Part shown: positions 1 through 12,523 of the stretch, piece by piece
Layout of the letters: the number at the start of each line of letters is the position of its first letter
Position numbering within the stretch: position 1 is the first letter of the stretch
Source of the DNA: Piromyces finnis finn
Lineage: Eukaryota; Fungi; Neocallimastigomycota
Assembly (NCBI GenBank): GCA_002104945.1
Contig: MCFH01000007.1
Span: forward strand, 310,001-374,000
Reading direction: 5' to 3'
Length of the DNA stretch: 64,000 nucleotides
Made by a program: the position numbers and the translations under genes
The notes under the pieces: generated by a model
The model's input: the letters and a program-made list of their open reading frames with translations, nothing else
What the model was told of the DNA's origin: nothing
Database searches by the model: none

Positions 1-2057
1 ATCATTTTAAGTAGAAGTGGATCATGTGTTTTTAATGCACGTTTCATTAAAAATTTAATTCCATGATCTTCACACATACATTCTGCACATTTAATATTAC
101 ATGCTAAATTAATACCTAATGCAATTAAATCCACATCGACTCTATCACCTTTGGTTTCTAATATCATTTTCATTATCTTTGATTTTATAATTGAAAATAA
201 ATTTTAAATTAACAATTTGAATATATAAAATATTGAATTCTTCAAATATATATTATTTATTATAAAACAAAAACTATATTACCGTTGGAATAATATCTGT
301 ATATGAAAAAGCAAATTTATTTTTATCATCAATACTTAATTGATATAATAATTGTATTATATAAGTATAATTTTGTTTTACTTGAATTAATTCACATATT
401 TTTGGAATAAATCCATATTTTACCATAAGTGTTCTTATTTCTTGATCATGTGAAAGATTAATTAAAAGTCTTAAAATTATATTGAATAAACTTGAATTTT
501 CTGGTTGTAATAATTTCAATATTTTTGGAAGGAATTCATTTGATAATTCTAAAAATTCTTGTTTATTATCTTTAAAAACACTAAGTTTTTTCAAAAAAGT
601 AATTATTACTACTAAAAGTTGTGGTAATTTCCGATCTAATAAAAATACTAAATATTTTATTACATCTCGTTTTAACATTTTAACTTCAATAGTTAGATCT
701 TCTGCAAGATTTAATAATAGATGAAATAATATAAATAAAAGTTGATCTTGTTTCTGTAAAAGAGATTGAAATTTTTTATTTTCATGTTCTAAGTTTTTAG
801 CTAATTGAGTATTTTCAGTATTTTGCTGATATTTTATTTTTAGATTTTCTAAATCTTCTTTCCATATTTTTTCACGGCTAATTTCTTGATCTGCAATTTT
901 TAAACACATATCTCCTATCTTTTGGGAAGTAATTATTGGATGATATATTGAATAATTTGAGAAACAGAAAAATATATATATAATGTTTGTAACTAATTCT
1001 AATGATTTTTTTCCATCCTCTCTTAATACACGGGCCAAAGCACTAACAAATAATTCTATTTTTTAATAAAAAGAAATTATAATTTTTGCATATTATTATA
1101 GAAAAAGAAATATATTTTCATTAATAAATGTATTATTAATCCCATAATTAAAATTCATTATTTATAAATTATTAAATTATAAATTATAATTTAATGACAT
1201 TTTTTAATAACATATTTTTATATTATATTTTAAAGTAATTAATTACCATCTCCTAATAAAATTTCCATATTTTCTGGTACTTTAACTAATTGCAACAATA
1301 ATCTTGTACTCCTAATTTTATCATCCATGTCTTCATATAATAAAGATATATAATCATCTAATTTTTCAATATATGCTTCTTCCTATTTATTATAATTATG
1401 AATAATATCTAATTAATATTTCTTTAAATAAAAGTTATAAATATATCAACTTTACCTCAAATTTATTTTCCTGTATTTGTATCATTTGTTTTTTCAAAGT
1501 ATGCTTATCAGGATCACCTCCACACATTGACATTTTTCTTTTTTGTAAATAGTAAAGCTGTTGCTCAACATCATTTATTCGTGAAGGATGAATTAATTTA
1601 CATTTATCTACTAATTCTTTAGCTAATTCTGAAATATCACTATTTGCTGATAAAGATTTGATTTTGATACTGATATTATAATAGTAATATTTATATATTG
1701 AAATATTGCAATATATTATCATTACTAATTAATAAATCAATTTTATTAATATTATATTTTTTATTATATATAGCAAATATTTTACATCTTCTGCATTTGT
1801 TTTTTTTCACCAAGTATTGGGTATTCATTATCATTCATAATCCATGCTTGCACTGTATAATTAACAATAACAGCACATTCATTAGGATGGACGTCTATAT
1901 CACCTGTCGTAACTTTTCTTTATATAATAAATATCGAAATAGGAATAAATATAAAATAGAACCTCCTTTCATTCAAATAGTTATACAAATTTATAAATAC
2001 TATAAATATTTATATATACCTTTTTACAACATAAGGTTCTTTAGTTTCAGACATCAT
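1..2057 (-). CDS. KIFAP3: Kinesin-associated protein 3 (kinesin-2 accessory subunit, intraflagellar transport); 5 exons visible, 3' part runs off the left edge
   Basis: Spliced translation MMSETKEPYVVKR|KVTTGDIDVHPNECAVIVNY...GEKKQMQKI|IKIKSLSANSDISELAKELVDKCKLIHPSRINDVEQQLYYLQKRK...ALARVLREDGKKSLELVTNIIYIFFCFS matches remembered KIFAP3 motifs; GT-AG introns give a continuous frame. Confidence 0.93.
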
Positions 2058-2295
2058 TATTACTAATGTATACGGATTGTATTCTATAAAATACTAAATA
2101 TTAAAATATATTATGTGCAATTGAAAATCTCGAATAATTTTTTAATTTTTAAATACATAAAATTCATTAATATCAATATTAATGAAAATACTACTTATAT
2201 TTTATATTATTTAATATCTATTATAATTATATTTTGTTTTAATTATTAAAAGAAATAGATATATTTTAACAACAAAAGTAAAATATAGTATAATC

Positions 2296-2298
<3 letters not shown>

Positions 2299-2350
<52 letters not shown>

Positions 2351-2378
2351 GTAGTAGTAGTAGTAGTAGTAGTAGTAT
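2299..2378. repeat. Compound microsatellite (AAT)n-(AGT)n
   Basis: Directly visible tandem trinucleotide repeats. Confidence 0.95.
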
Positions 2379-3100
2379 TAATAGAAATAGTAATACTTTT
2401 TTTTAAAAAAATATATATATATATATATCAATGCTATTAAAGCTGTTAATCTATTTAGAATATTTATTTTTATTTTATAAAAAAAATTCAAATTTTTATT
2501 TTTTAAACTTAAATTATAATTAAATTTATTATGTAAAATAGAATAAATAATAATTTGAAAAATAAATCATAATTTCATATTTCTTAAAAAAATAAAAAAT
2601 AAAAAATAAAAATAAAAACAATAATATAATATATAATATATATTATTGTATTTTGAATAACTTTTTTTATATTAAGATTAATCAAAATTTTTTAAAATTA
2701 AAATTATAAACGACAAAAGCTTAATCAATTTTCAATAATTTAATTATTGAAAACATTTACACAACAATCAAAAATAATTATACAAGTTTTAGTTTATAAT
2801 ATAGTTTCTATATATTAAAATTTATAATTAGAATTTATACTTTTTTTAAATTTTTTAATTATGAAAATCTAATGAATATAAAAAAATAAATAAATAAACA
2901 ATTTTGAAGAAATTTTTAAAAATAAACATTATTTCAAAAATGTAAACTATTTGATATATTATTATTAAATAAATAATAGTGATACAATAATATTATCTAT
3001 TAAAAGTTTTAAAAACATTTTATAATGTATAAATAATAATAAATAATAATAAAAAAAAGGTATTATAAACTAACACTTATATTTTTCTTTTTTAAAAAAT

Positions 3101-3132
<32 letters not shown>

Positions 3133-3358
3133 AATCAATAAAGTTTTTTATAAATTAAAAAATGTTACATCTTATTATTAAGACATAAAAATATTAACTT
3201 ATATTTATATAATTTATATAATTTTAAATTAATATGGCAGCTTTAATCTTTTTCTATATAAATTATATTTTGAAATTCTTAAATTTATATGAATGTCTTT
3301 CTTTTCATACTTTCATATATTCAATTATTTATTATTTTTTTTTTATTTCAATAAATAC

Positions 3359-4247
3359 TTAATTTAATACCCCACAATCACTAATTATAACAGAGTTAAT
3401 TGGATTACCATCAATAGAACCGCATTTATCAATTATATCGAGAACATTTATACCTTCAATACATTTACCAAAAACAACATGTTTTCCAGAAATTTTTTTG
3501 TATTTTGAAGCATCATTGTTTAGAGTGATAAAAAATTGAGAAGTATTTGTATTTTTACCAGAATTTGCCATCACTAATAATCCTTTTTGGTCAATTGGAA
3601 TTTTAAGACCTTCTTTTTCATCGTTAAATTTTCCATTGTAAATAGAGTCACCACCAGAACCGTCAAAACGAGTTACATCACCACCTTGAGCAATAAAATC
3701 TTTAATAATTCTATGCATAGGTACTTGCTTATAAGTTAGGGGTTTATTTACCTTTTTTGAAATATAAGTACCTTCAATAATAGTTGTAAAGTTTTTACAT
3801 GTTTTTGGAGTAATTGAGAAATATAATTCGAATATCATTCTATGTCTTATTGTTTCTGGTTCATTAAATTGAATTGGACCCTTTATTATAATAATTTAAA
3901 AATGTATAATTCAGATTCATAATAATTTTTATTTAAAAGAATTTAATTAATATTAATTTTTTATACGTTAATTTTAATATTTATATTTAATGAATATTAT
4001 TATTTTTGGTTAAATATACCTTTGAATTCCATGCTGGATTTGATTCATATATAGATTTTGCAAGTTCTTTTTGTTCTTCATCTAATTTAGTTATATCTTC
4101 TGGCCAATAATAAACATTGGCATTTTCTTTGATGAATTCCGTTGCTACTTCATAAGCTTTTTTTTCTTCTTCATATTTTTTAATTGAACCAATGTCAAAG
4201 TCTAAAAAAATTCTAGAGTTTGAAATTTCATTTGATTTTGGTGGCAT
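3359..4247 (-). CDS. Cyclophilin-type peptidyl-prolyl cis-trans isomerase with a long N-terminal insertion; 2 exons (4247-4020, 3880-3359)
   Basis: Motifs RIFLDFDIG, TPKTCKNF, HRIIKDFIAQGGD, MANSGKNTNTSQFFITL and GKHVVFG; GT-AG intron 4019-3881 joins the two ORFs in frame. Confidence 0.93.
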
Positions 4248-4328
4248 CTTATTTTTTTTTTTTTATTATAAAAATGTTTATGATTAATTTTAAAAATTAT
4301 AAAATATATTATTAATAAATTTAACAAA

Positions 4329-4335
4329 CCAATCA
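4329..4335 (+). promoter_or_regulatory. Putative CCAAT box (CCAATCA) in the 340-bp divergent promoter between cyclophilin and TatD
   Basis: Exact CCAATCA in otherwise almost GC-free DNA, 82 bp upstream of the cyclophilin ATG. Confidence 0.35.
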
Positions 4336-4587
4336 ATAAAATTATTCATTTTACTTTTAAATTTAATTTATTTCATTTTTAAAATTAATTTAATTATCCT
4401 AAAAAAAAAACAACTAAATACCTATTCAAAATTGGTAAAAAAAATTATATATAAACTTATATGCATTAAAAATGTTTTTAAATAATGTAAAGTTGTTCAT
4501 ATAACTACTAAATGCTTAATATAACACTTTATTATAATTTTATTTTCATGTTTAAATAGATAAATAAAAAAAAAAAAAAATTTCAAA

Positions 4588-5499
4588 ATGATTACTTATT
4601 TTGATTGTCATGCACATATAAATTCACCTTCATTCTCAAAAGAAGCTATTTCAAATTTAATAAAGAAAGCTCAAGAAAAACATATAAAAGGAATTATATC
4701 AGTTACTGAGACGTATGAAGACTGTATTGATGTCTTAAATGTTGCTAAACAATATCCCAATATATTATTACCAGGACTTGGTCTACATCCTATTCAACCT
4801 TTAATTGACGAAAATGGAAAAAGACTTGATAAAGGTGGTCGTTCGAGCACATTGGATGAAGTATACCCAATATTAGACTTAATAAAAAAGCATAAAGAAG
4901 AAATTGTTTGTATTGGTGAAGTTGGTCTGGTAAATTAATAAAAAAATAAATAATTTATAAATATAAAAATTTTCGATATATTTATTATATAACATAATAT
5001 ATAAAAGGATTATTCACCCCAATTTCTTAAAAATGTTGAAGAGGAAAAAAAAATCCAAAAAGAAATATTTGAAAAACAAATTGATTTAGCTAATGAATAC
5101 AATATACCATTGAATGTTCATTCACGTTCTGCAGGACATTATGCTATTGAAACATTAATAAATAAAAATGCAAAAAATGTTTTATTACATGCATTTGATG
5201 GAAAATCAGGATATGTACTTAAAGGTCTTGAAGCAGGTTATTACTTTTCTATACCACCATCAATTAAACGTTCACCTCAAAAGCAAAAGCTTGTTAAAAT
5301 ATTACCATTAGATCGCATAATTTTAGAAACAGATTCACCAGCATTATCACATGAAAAAGGTGCTATTAATGAATCAAGTAATGTTATTATATCGTGTGAA
5401 GAAATCGCAAAAATTAAAGGAATCAGTGTTGAAGATGTTATGAAAATTACCTATGAAAATTCATTAAAATTATTCCCAAAATTAAAAAGTTTAATATAA
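4588..5499 (+). CDS. tatD: TatD-family DNase (TATDN3-like); 2 exons (4588-4929, ~5009-5499)
   Basis: DCHAH, GLHP, GEVGL|DY, HSR, LLHAF and ETDSP motifs; GT-AG intron after GGT CTG. Confidence 0.92.
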
Positions 5500-5535
5500 T
5501 TAATATATAATATATAATATATAGTATTAGAGTGC

Positions 5536-5572
<37 letters not shown>

Positions 5573-5944
5573 CTATAATAAATAATAAATAATTTGAAGG
5601 AATTTTTCAAAGATAAAGCATCAATAGTTATATATATTATAATATTATATCTTTTATTCTATTGCTGAATTATAAATAAAAATTATCCATATCGAAATCT
5701 ATTATAAAGGTTTGATAATGGAAAAAATAAATTAATAATTTATAATTGATTAGTAAATTATATATTGTAAAAATAGATTTTAAAAATAAAATTCTAAATA
5801 ATAAAAATTAAAAAAAAAAAAAAAATATTTTTTAATAAAGTTTTTAACTTTTTTATTTTTAATTTATTTAATAAGCAGCAATAATATTTATACATGCTTT
5901 TTTAAAAGTTTAAAAAAAAATAATCCAAAAATAATAATAAAACA

Positions 5945-7523
5945 ATGAGGCTTTTGTATATATTACTGACATTGATATTATGTAATAAACCATCTTAAAT
6001 GGAAAAAACACTTTATTATTAATTATTACTATATTACTAACATATTTAATAAAATAAACTAATATATCTATATCTATATATTTATTTATTAACAAATTAA
6101 ATAAGTAATATCATATATAAAATGTAATTTTTTGGAAAATGCGAGACGTGCAAAACTTTTTAAATTAACCGATTTTAAAATTCCTAAAATATATCTTAAT
6201 ATGACAGAAAAGGTATTTGAAAAGCTAAAAAATTCAGCATTTTATGAAGATAATAAATATATAAAAGGTGTTCAAATGGATTTTGTTATTGATGGAAAAA
6301 AAACATATTCGTACTCATCAATTAAAATTAAAATTGGAGGTCAACATACTAAAACTGTTAGAAAACCAGGGTATAATATAATAATTCAAGATAAAAATGA
6401 ATCGTTACTTGGAAGAAAACATATTCGATTAAGGTCAGATATGCGTGATGCTTCTATGATAAGATCAAAATTAACATGTGATTTATTGAATCATCTTAGA
6501 TTACCTTCTATATCAGCGAATTACTGTCATTTATATATAAGAGGTGAATTCATGGGCTTATATATAATACAAGATATTTATAAACCATCTTGGATTAAGA
6601 GCTATTACAAAAACGTTATTCCCAATAAACTTGTTCTTTATCATTGTAAAGGTATTGGTTCTGACATGACAAGAAATAATATAAATACATGTATTAATTT
6701 AAGTGCAAAATCATCATTTAATCCTTTAAAAAAGTTTTTAAAATCAATAGAAAATGCAAACACAAGAGCTGATGTAGAATCATTTATGGATGTTGATGAA
6801 TTTATTAAAGTATGGATTATTGAATGGTTAATTGGTTCATGGGACCATATGCTTCAATCTGGAAAAAACTATTATTTATATTTGCAAAACAATGGAAAAT
6901 GGCAAATTTTGATATATGATTTTGATTCTACTTTTGGTCAATTTTTACCAAAAGATTATGTATTACCAGAAGATGATGGTGTACTCAAAAAAGAAAAAAT
7001 TTCAAAGAATATAAAAAACAATATAAAAGACAATGAATTTAATAATACAGATGAAAATATAAATAAATGGCAATATGAGAAAAAAGAATTATCACCTGTT
7101 GTTATAGGACCATATATGAATGAATTGAGTAGTTCTTATGATTTTACAGACTGGTATGTTAATCGTACAATTGTTGATATTCTAGTTAAAAACGATGAAG
7201 AATCATTTTTAAAGAATTTAGTTGAAATTATCGAAAATGGTTTTAATCCGAAATTTTTATTTCCAAGAATTGATGAAATTAGAGAGTGGCTTGATCCATA
7301 TATTAAAGAAGACCGTACAGAGGTTAATGGACAATTACCAGGTCGTATTAATGTTCACGGAAAAGGACTTGATTTTACATATGAAGATTTTAAAGAATCG
7401 GATTACACTACTATTAATAGTGGTGTTGGTATTAAAAAATGGATTCAAGATAGATATGATTTTGTATGTCAGCATTATAACATTACTAAAACAAACTATT
7501 CAAATAACAAAAAAAATGATTAA
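5945..7523 (+). CDS. cotH: Secreted CotH kinase-domain protein; short signal-peptide exon (5945-5981) plus one large exon (6106-7523)
   Basis: CotH motifs KIGGQHTK..RKPGYNI, LRSDMRDASMIRSKL, GEFMGLY, WDH, KNYYLY and YDFDSTFG. The phase-1 GT-AG intron 5982-6105 yields the hydrophobic leader MRLLYILLTLILLISYIKC in frame. Confidence 0.88.
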
Positions 7524-8213
7524 AATACTTTAGAATTGATAATTTAAGTAATAATATTAATAATAATTTTATTTGTAAAAACTATATTGATTTATCTTAT
7601 CGTCATGTTTTTTATAATTTCTATTTCTAGTTTATAAATATAATAAAAATGTATTAATTTAATATTTCATTATAATTAAAAAGAAAAAAAACTTTTTATT
7701 ATAAACTTTCATTTATATATAAATATAACTTAATCTTTATTTCCTTTCTTTTTTATTGTTGTTGTTTTGTTGTTATTATTATTGTAATTAATGATTAAAG
7801 TTTTTAAACTTTAAAAAATTATACATAAAAAGTAAATAGCAAACATTATTGTTAAAAGTTAATAAAAAAGAAATAAATATATAACAAATAAAAGACACCG
7901 AAAATTAAATATTTCAACATAAAATATATAAATTAATAAGGAAAATGAAATTTAATTGACAAAAAGAATATTTATTATACATCTTTTTTTGTTTTTGTTT
8001 TTGTTTTTTATTTTACAGGATAGAATCAAATATTAAAAAATTATATTATTTTAATAAATGAATAAATGATATAGAAAATTTTAATTAAAAAAGTTTAAAA
8101 TTTTTAATTTTTCGTTAAAAATAAAAAAGCTATAAAATCAATATAAATATCAAAATAATAGCATTATTAATAATAAAAAGTTAATAAAATTAGAATAAAT
8201 TTAATTTTATAAA

Positions 8214-8827
8214 ATGATGAAAGTAGCTGTGGAAGAAGATATCTCCATTGTAATTTTATTTTTCTTTTGTTTTATAATATTCCCTTTAACATGTTTTTTG
8301 TCATTATATATTCATTATAAATAACATTATTTTATTTATTATAATTAAATAATATATTAATTATTTAATAATTAAAAATTAGTTCGATAAATTTATTGAT
8401 GTCAATATAAGAAAAGAAGAAGAAGTTAAAAAACAATTAACAGAATTTTTCAATCAATTTCAAAATATCCTTTTCATAAATATAAATATTTTAAATATTT
8501 AATTTTATTGAATTATATAAAAAGACTTTAAAAGTTAAATTTAATATAATTTCTTGTTATGAAATATATATAAGTATTTAAGAAATTGAATTTTTATAAT
8601 TCTTAACTTGAAAAAATACATAGCTCAACATTTATTGGACCAGATGTTTCTTATGGCTCAAAGAATGCATTTGTAGATTCTTTAATAAACTGTTTATATT
8701 CTTGTATTCATGAAGACCTAGAATGGGGCGATGAGAGTACATATTTTATTTTATTTTACTTTATTTAAAATATATATAATAAAAGTATTTTTTTTTTTAA
8801 TTATCTATTAAAATATCCCACTTTTCC

Positions 8828-8859
<32 letters not shown>

Positions 8860-10146
8860 ATAAATAAAAATTGGAATTTAAATAGCTAAATTTCTTGCAT
8901 TACAAGCATTAAGGATTTTATGCCGTGAACCTGAAGGTTGTGAAGAAGTAATATCTTCATCTGTATGTAATTAAATTTTGGTTAATTATTATAAATATAT
9001 AATAATTTGAAGTATTTTATAATAGATAGAGTAAAAGTATATAATTTATATAATTTATACATAATTTATAAATTTACTTTTATTATTTTATTTATATATA
9101 TATTAAAATTTAAATATCATTTCTTTTACAAATATTATTAATATAAGGGTATTACATTATTAATGGAATATTCAGGCTTAAAATCTGTTGGTAAAGGTAA
9201 AAAAGATGAAGATGATATAGAACCAACTACAGAATTCAATAAAATCATTATTGAAGCAATGAAATGTTTAGCTAATGCTCTATTACAAAACCGTCAATCT
9301 CAAGAATTTTTCGACTCTAATAATGGAATAAAGTCTTTACTCGTTAACTTAAAAGTAAGAAAAAAAAATAAAAATTAGAATAAATAAATATATACATCAA
9401 TCTTCTTATACTATTATATTTAAGAAGTTCTGTTAATATTTTTACTATAATATAAATAGGAAGTTAAAAACAAATCATTGCAAGCCCAATTTTTAATATT
9501 AAGATTGATTTTCCTATCAACCATCTATCAAGAAACTACTAGCACAATTATGGATGAATACAATGTTATAGAGGATTTAATAGATGTAATAATTTTTTTA
9601 GAGTTTATATTTTTTGAAATTTCTCTAATTATAATAATAAAATTAAAATAAATCAAACTAAAATTCTTTATGCAATTTTATTTTCATATAAAAGCTTTTC
9701 CAACCAATTTTAGAAAATATTTCAGAATCATCAAAAACGTTTTCAACAACAATTTTACCAGGAGAAATTTCATATTCTATTGTAATTAGTGAAATTTTGA
9801 AAGTTTTATTTAATATGATGATTAATGAAAAAAAAAATGGAAATGATATTCAATTATCCTCTATCATTACTGTTGATGAAGAAATTGCAAAGAAATATCA
9901 AAGGTAAAAAAAAATTATAATATTAGATTATTTTGTAAAATGAAAATAACAAAATAGAAAAAAATTATATATTTATATTTATATTCATATTATTACTATT
10001 ACTATTACTATTACTATTACTATTACTATTACTATTACTATTACTATTACTATTACTATTACTATTACTATTACTATTACTATTACTATTACTATTACTA
10101 TTACTATTACTATTACTATTACTATTACTATTACTATTACTATTAC

Positions 10147-10214
<68 letters not shown>

Positions 10215-11259
10215 AAATATAAAAAGATTTATACCATTAATTGTTCAATACTTTGTTAAATCCGATTTGCCAAATCAACCATTATCACCACCATACACCC
10301 ATGCTATACACGCTTTAATGAATTTCCCTGTTAAAGGATTTGAATGTTTCTTTTTCCCCAATGAAGATTACTCAATTATCAATGTTTTAAGTGAAATATT
10401 AGAAATTTCTGTAAAACAATCTAATATTAGTCATAGTATGGAAAATGATGAAGCTGTAAATATTAACGGTATACCAGCAGATTCTATTCTTCCACCACTA
10501 ATTATTTTAATGACCAACCTTGTGTCTGATGATACTCAAGCTAGATCTATATTAAAAGAAAGAATATTACCATCTGAATTGTAAGTTCAATTATTTTTCT
10601 TTTTAAAAAAAATATAATATTATTAATATTAGTTGTTCATATATTAATATATTAATTTATCAATATAAATCATTTAACGAAACAGTGATAGATCAAAACC
10701 ATTAAATGTTGGTGAGAATATTAGAGCCTGCCTCATTAGATTAATGACTAATACTCTTCTAGGAAATTCCAGAGAAACCATTTCAACATTATTATATACT
10801 CTTTGTGATAGTAATGGTAAATTAATAAAATATTTATTATATATTTTCTGTCTTAATATATTTTAAATAATTTTTTTCAAATCTTTAATTATTTAATTTG
10901 ATAATCATTACATTAATTAAAATTATAATATTATATATTATTACTATCATTAAGCCAATAAATTTGTTAATCAAGTCGGCTATGGTAATGCTATTGGATA
11001 TTTAGTTAATCATCAATTAATGGGTGAATTAAATAATAGTGTTGATGAAAATGCTCCTGAAAATGAAAATATCAATCCAATAACAGGTCAAGTTGAAGAG
11101 GAGCAAAAGGAAGATCCGTTTAAGGATATGACTGATGAAGAAAAGGAAAGAGAAGCTGAAAGATTATTTGTATTATTTGATAGATTAAATAAAACTGGTA
11201 TTATAAAAGTTATGCCTAGACCAGCGGATGCTGATAATATTGTAAACGATTTAGATTAA
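8214..11259 (+). CDS. RIC8: Ric8/synembryn, G-alpha chaperone and guanine-nucleotide exchange factor; ~10 exons
   Basis: Motifs LQALRILCRE, DRSKPL..G..IRACLIRLMT, FVNQVGYGNAIGYL, NINPITGQ and MTDEEKEREAERLFVLFDRL; exons assemble in one frame. Confidence 0.92.
8465..8619 (+). other. U12-type (minor spliceosome) AT-AC intron in RIC8
   Basis: 5' ATATCCTTTT, branch site TTCTTAAC at 8600-8607, 3' end TAC at 8617-8619; removal restores the frame (QFQ-N-SSTFIGPD). Confidence 0.8.
9989..10211. repeat. Intronic compound microsatellite (TACTAT)n then (TAT)n in RIC8
   Basis: Directly visible. Confidence 0.95.
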
Positions 11260-11854
11260 ATAAGTAATTTAAAAATTAAAAAAAAATTTAACAACTTAAT
11301 TTTAATATTTATATAATAAGAAATAAAATTTTGGAAAATATAAAATAATAGAATTGCCATAAATGATGGCAAAAATATAAAAATATAAATATACATATAT
11401 AATAAATATAATAAAACAAAATAAAAATAAGATAGCATGAACAAAATTATTATTTTAACTTTGTAATTACTAATAGTATTAATAGCAACTCTCTTTATAA
11501 TGTTTATAAAAAATAATAATATTATAAAATAATATTTTATAATGCTATTAATTTATATGTTATCCAAATTTAGTAATAAAAGCTTTTAAAAAAATAAAAC
11601 TACAAAAATTAAACAATTATTTAATTATATTTATTACACCTTTTTTTTTTAAAGTTAATATTTATATACATACATACACATTATGTATATATATAAATAA
11701 ATTTATTGCATATTAATTATTGTTATTATTATTAATGTTATAAGAAGTTATATAATTAAATATATTTATTAAATTGTTAAAAATTAATAAAAAAAATATC
11801 TCTAAAATAAACATTATGAATGTATTATTTAACGAAATGTATATTATGATTTGA

Positions 11855-12472
11855 TTATAGACCTGTTGGCTTCTTTTTAGTAGTATCATAAACTCTAATA
11901 AGATTAGCTTGTCCGGATTCATTTTGAGAGAAAGCAAATCCTCTACTTTTTCTCATATGATTAATCATACTAATTTTACCAACAGCCTTTTGATACCAAC
12001 TTTGGTTAATACTATAATCATCTATATTTAATTTTTGCATTTCCTGAATAATATGCTTGTCATTGGTGAAATATTCTCTTGTCATGCTTTTAAATTTTTT
12101 TAAAAAAAAAATTTAGATATATTAATAATTTGAGATTTATACATTTCAATAATAATATAAATATATTAATGATTTCAACATACAATTTCCATAGATAATC
12201 TCTTAAAATGCAAACAACTGGAATAATAATAATTGTTAACCAAAAAACCATAATTGAATATATCTTATTTCCTATTCCATCCAATTCTGGTGATAACTTA
12301 ATAAGTGGTCCTATATAACAATAAATCGGAAGCAATATAACCCAAAGAACATATGAACCTACAACAGCTAAAGTCGTGTATTTATTCCATTTACTTTTTT
12401 ATTAAAAAATAATTGATTTAATTAATAATAACATTTTTTTTAAAAAAAATGTTGTATAAAAACTCAAAAAAA

Positions 12473-12523
<51 letters not shown>

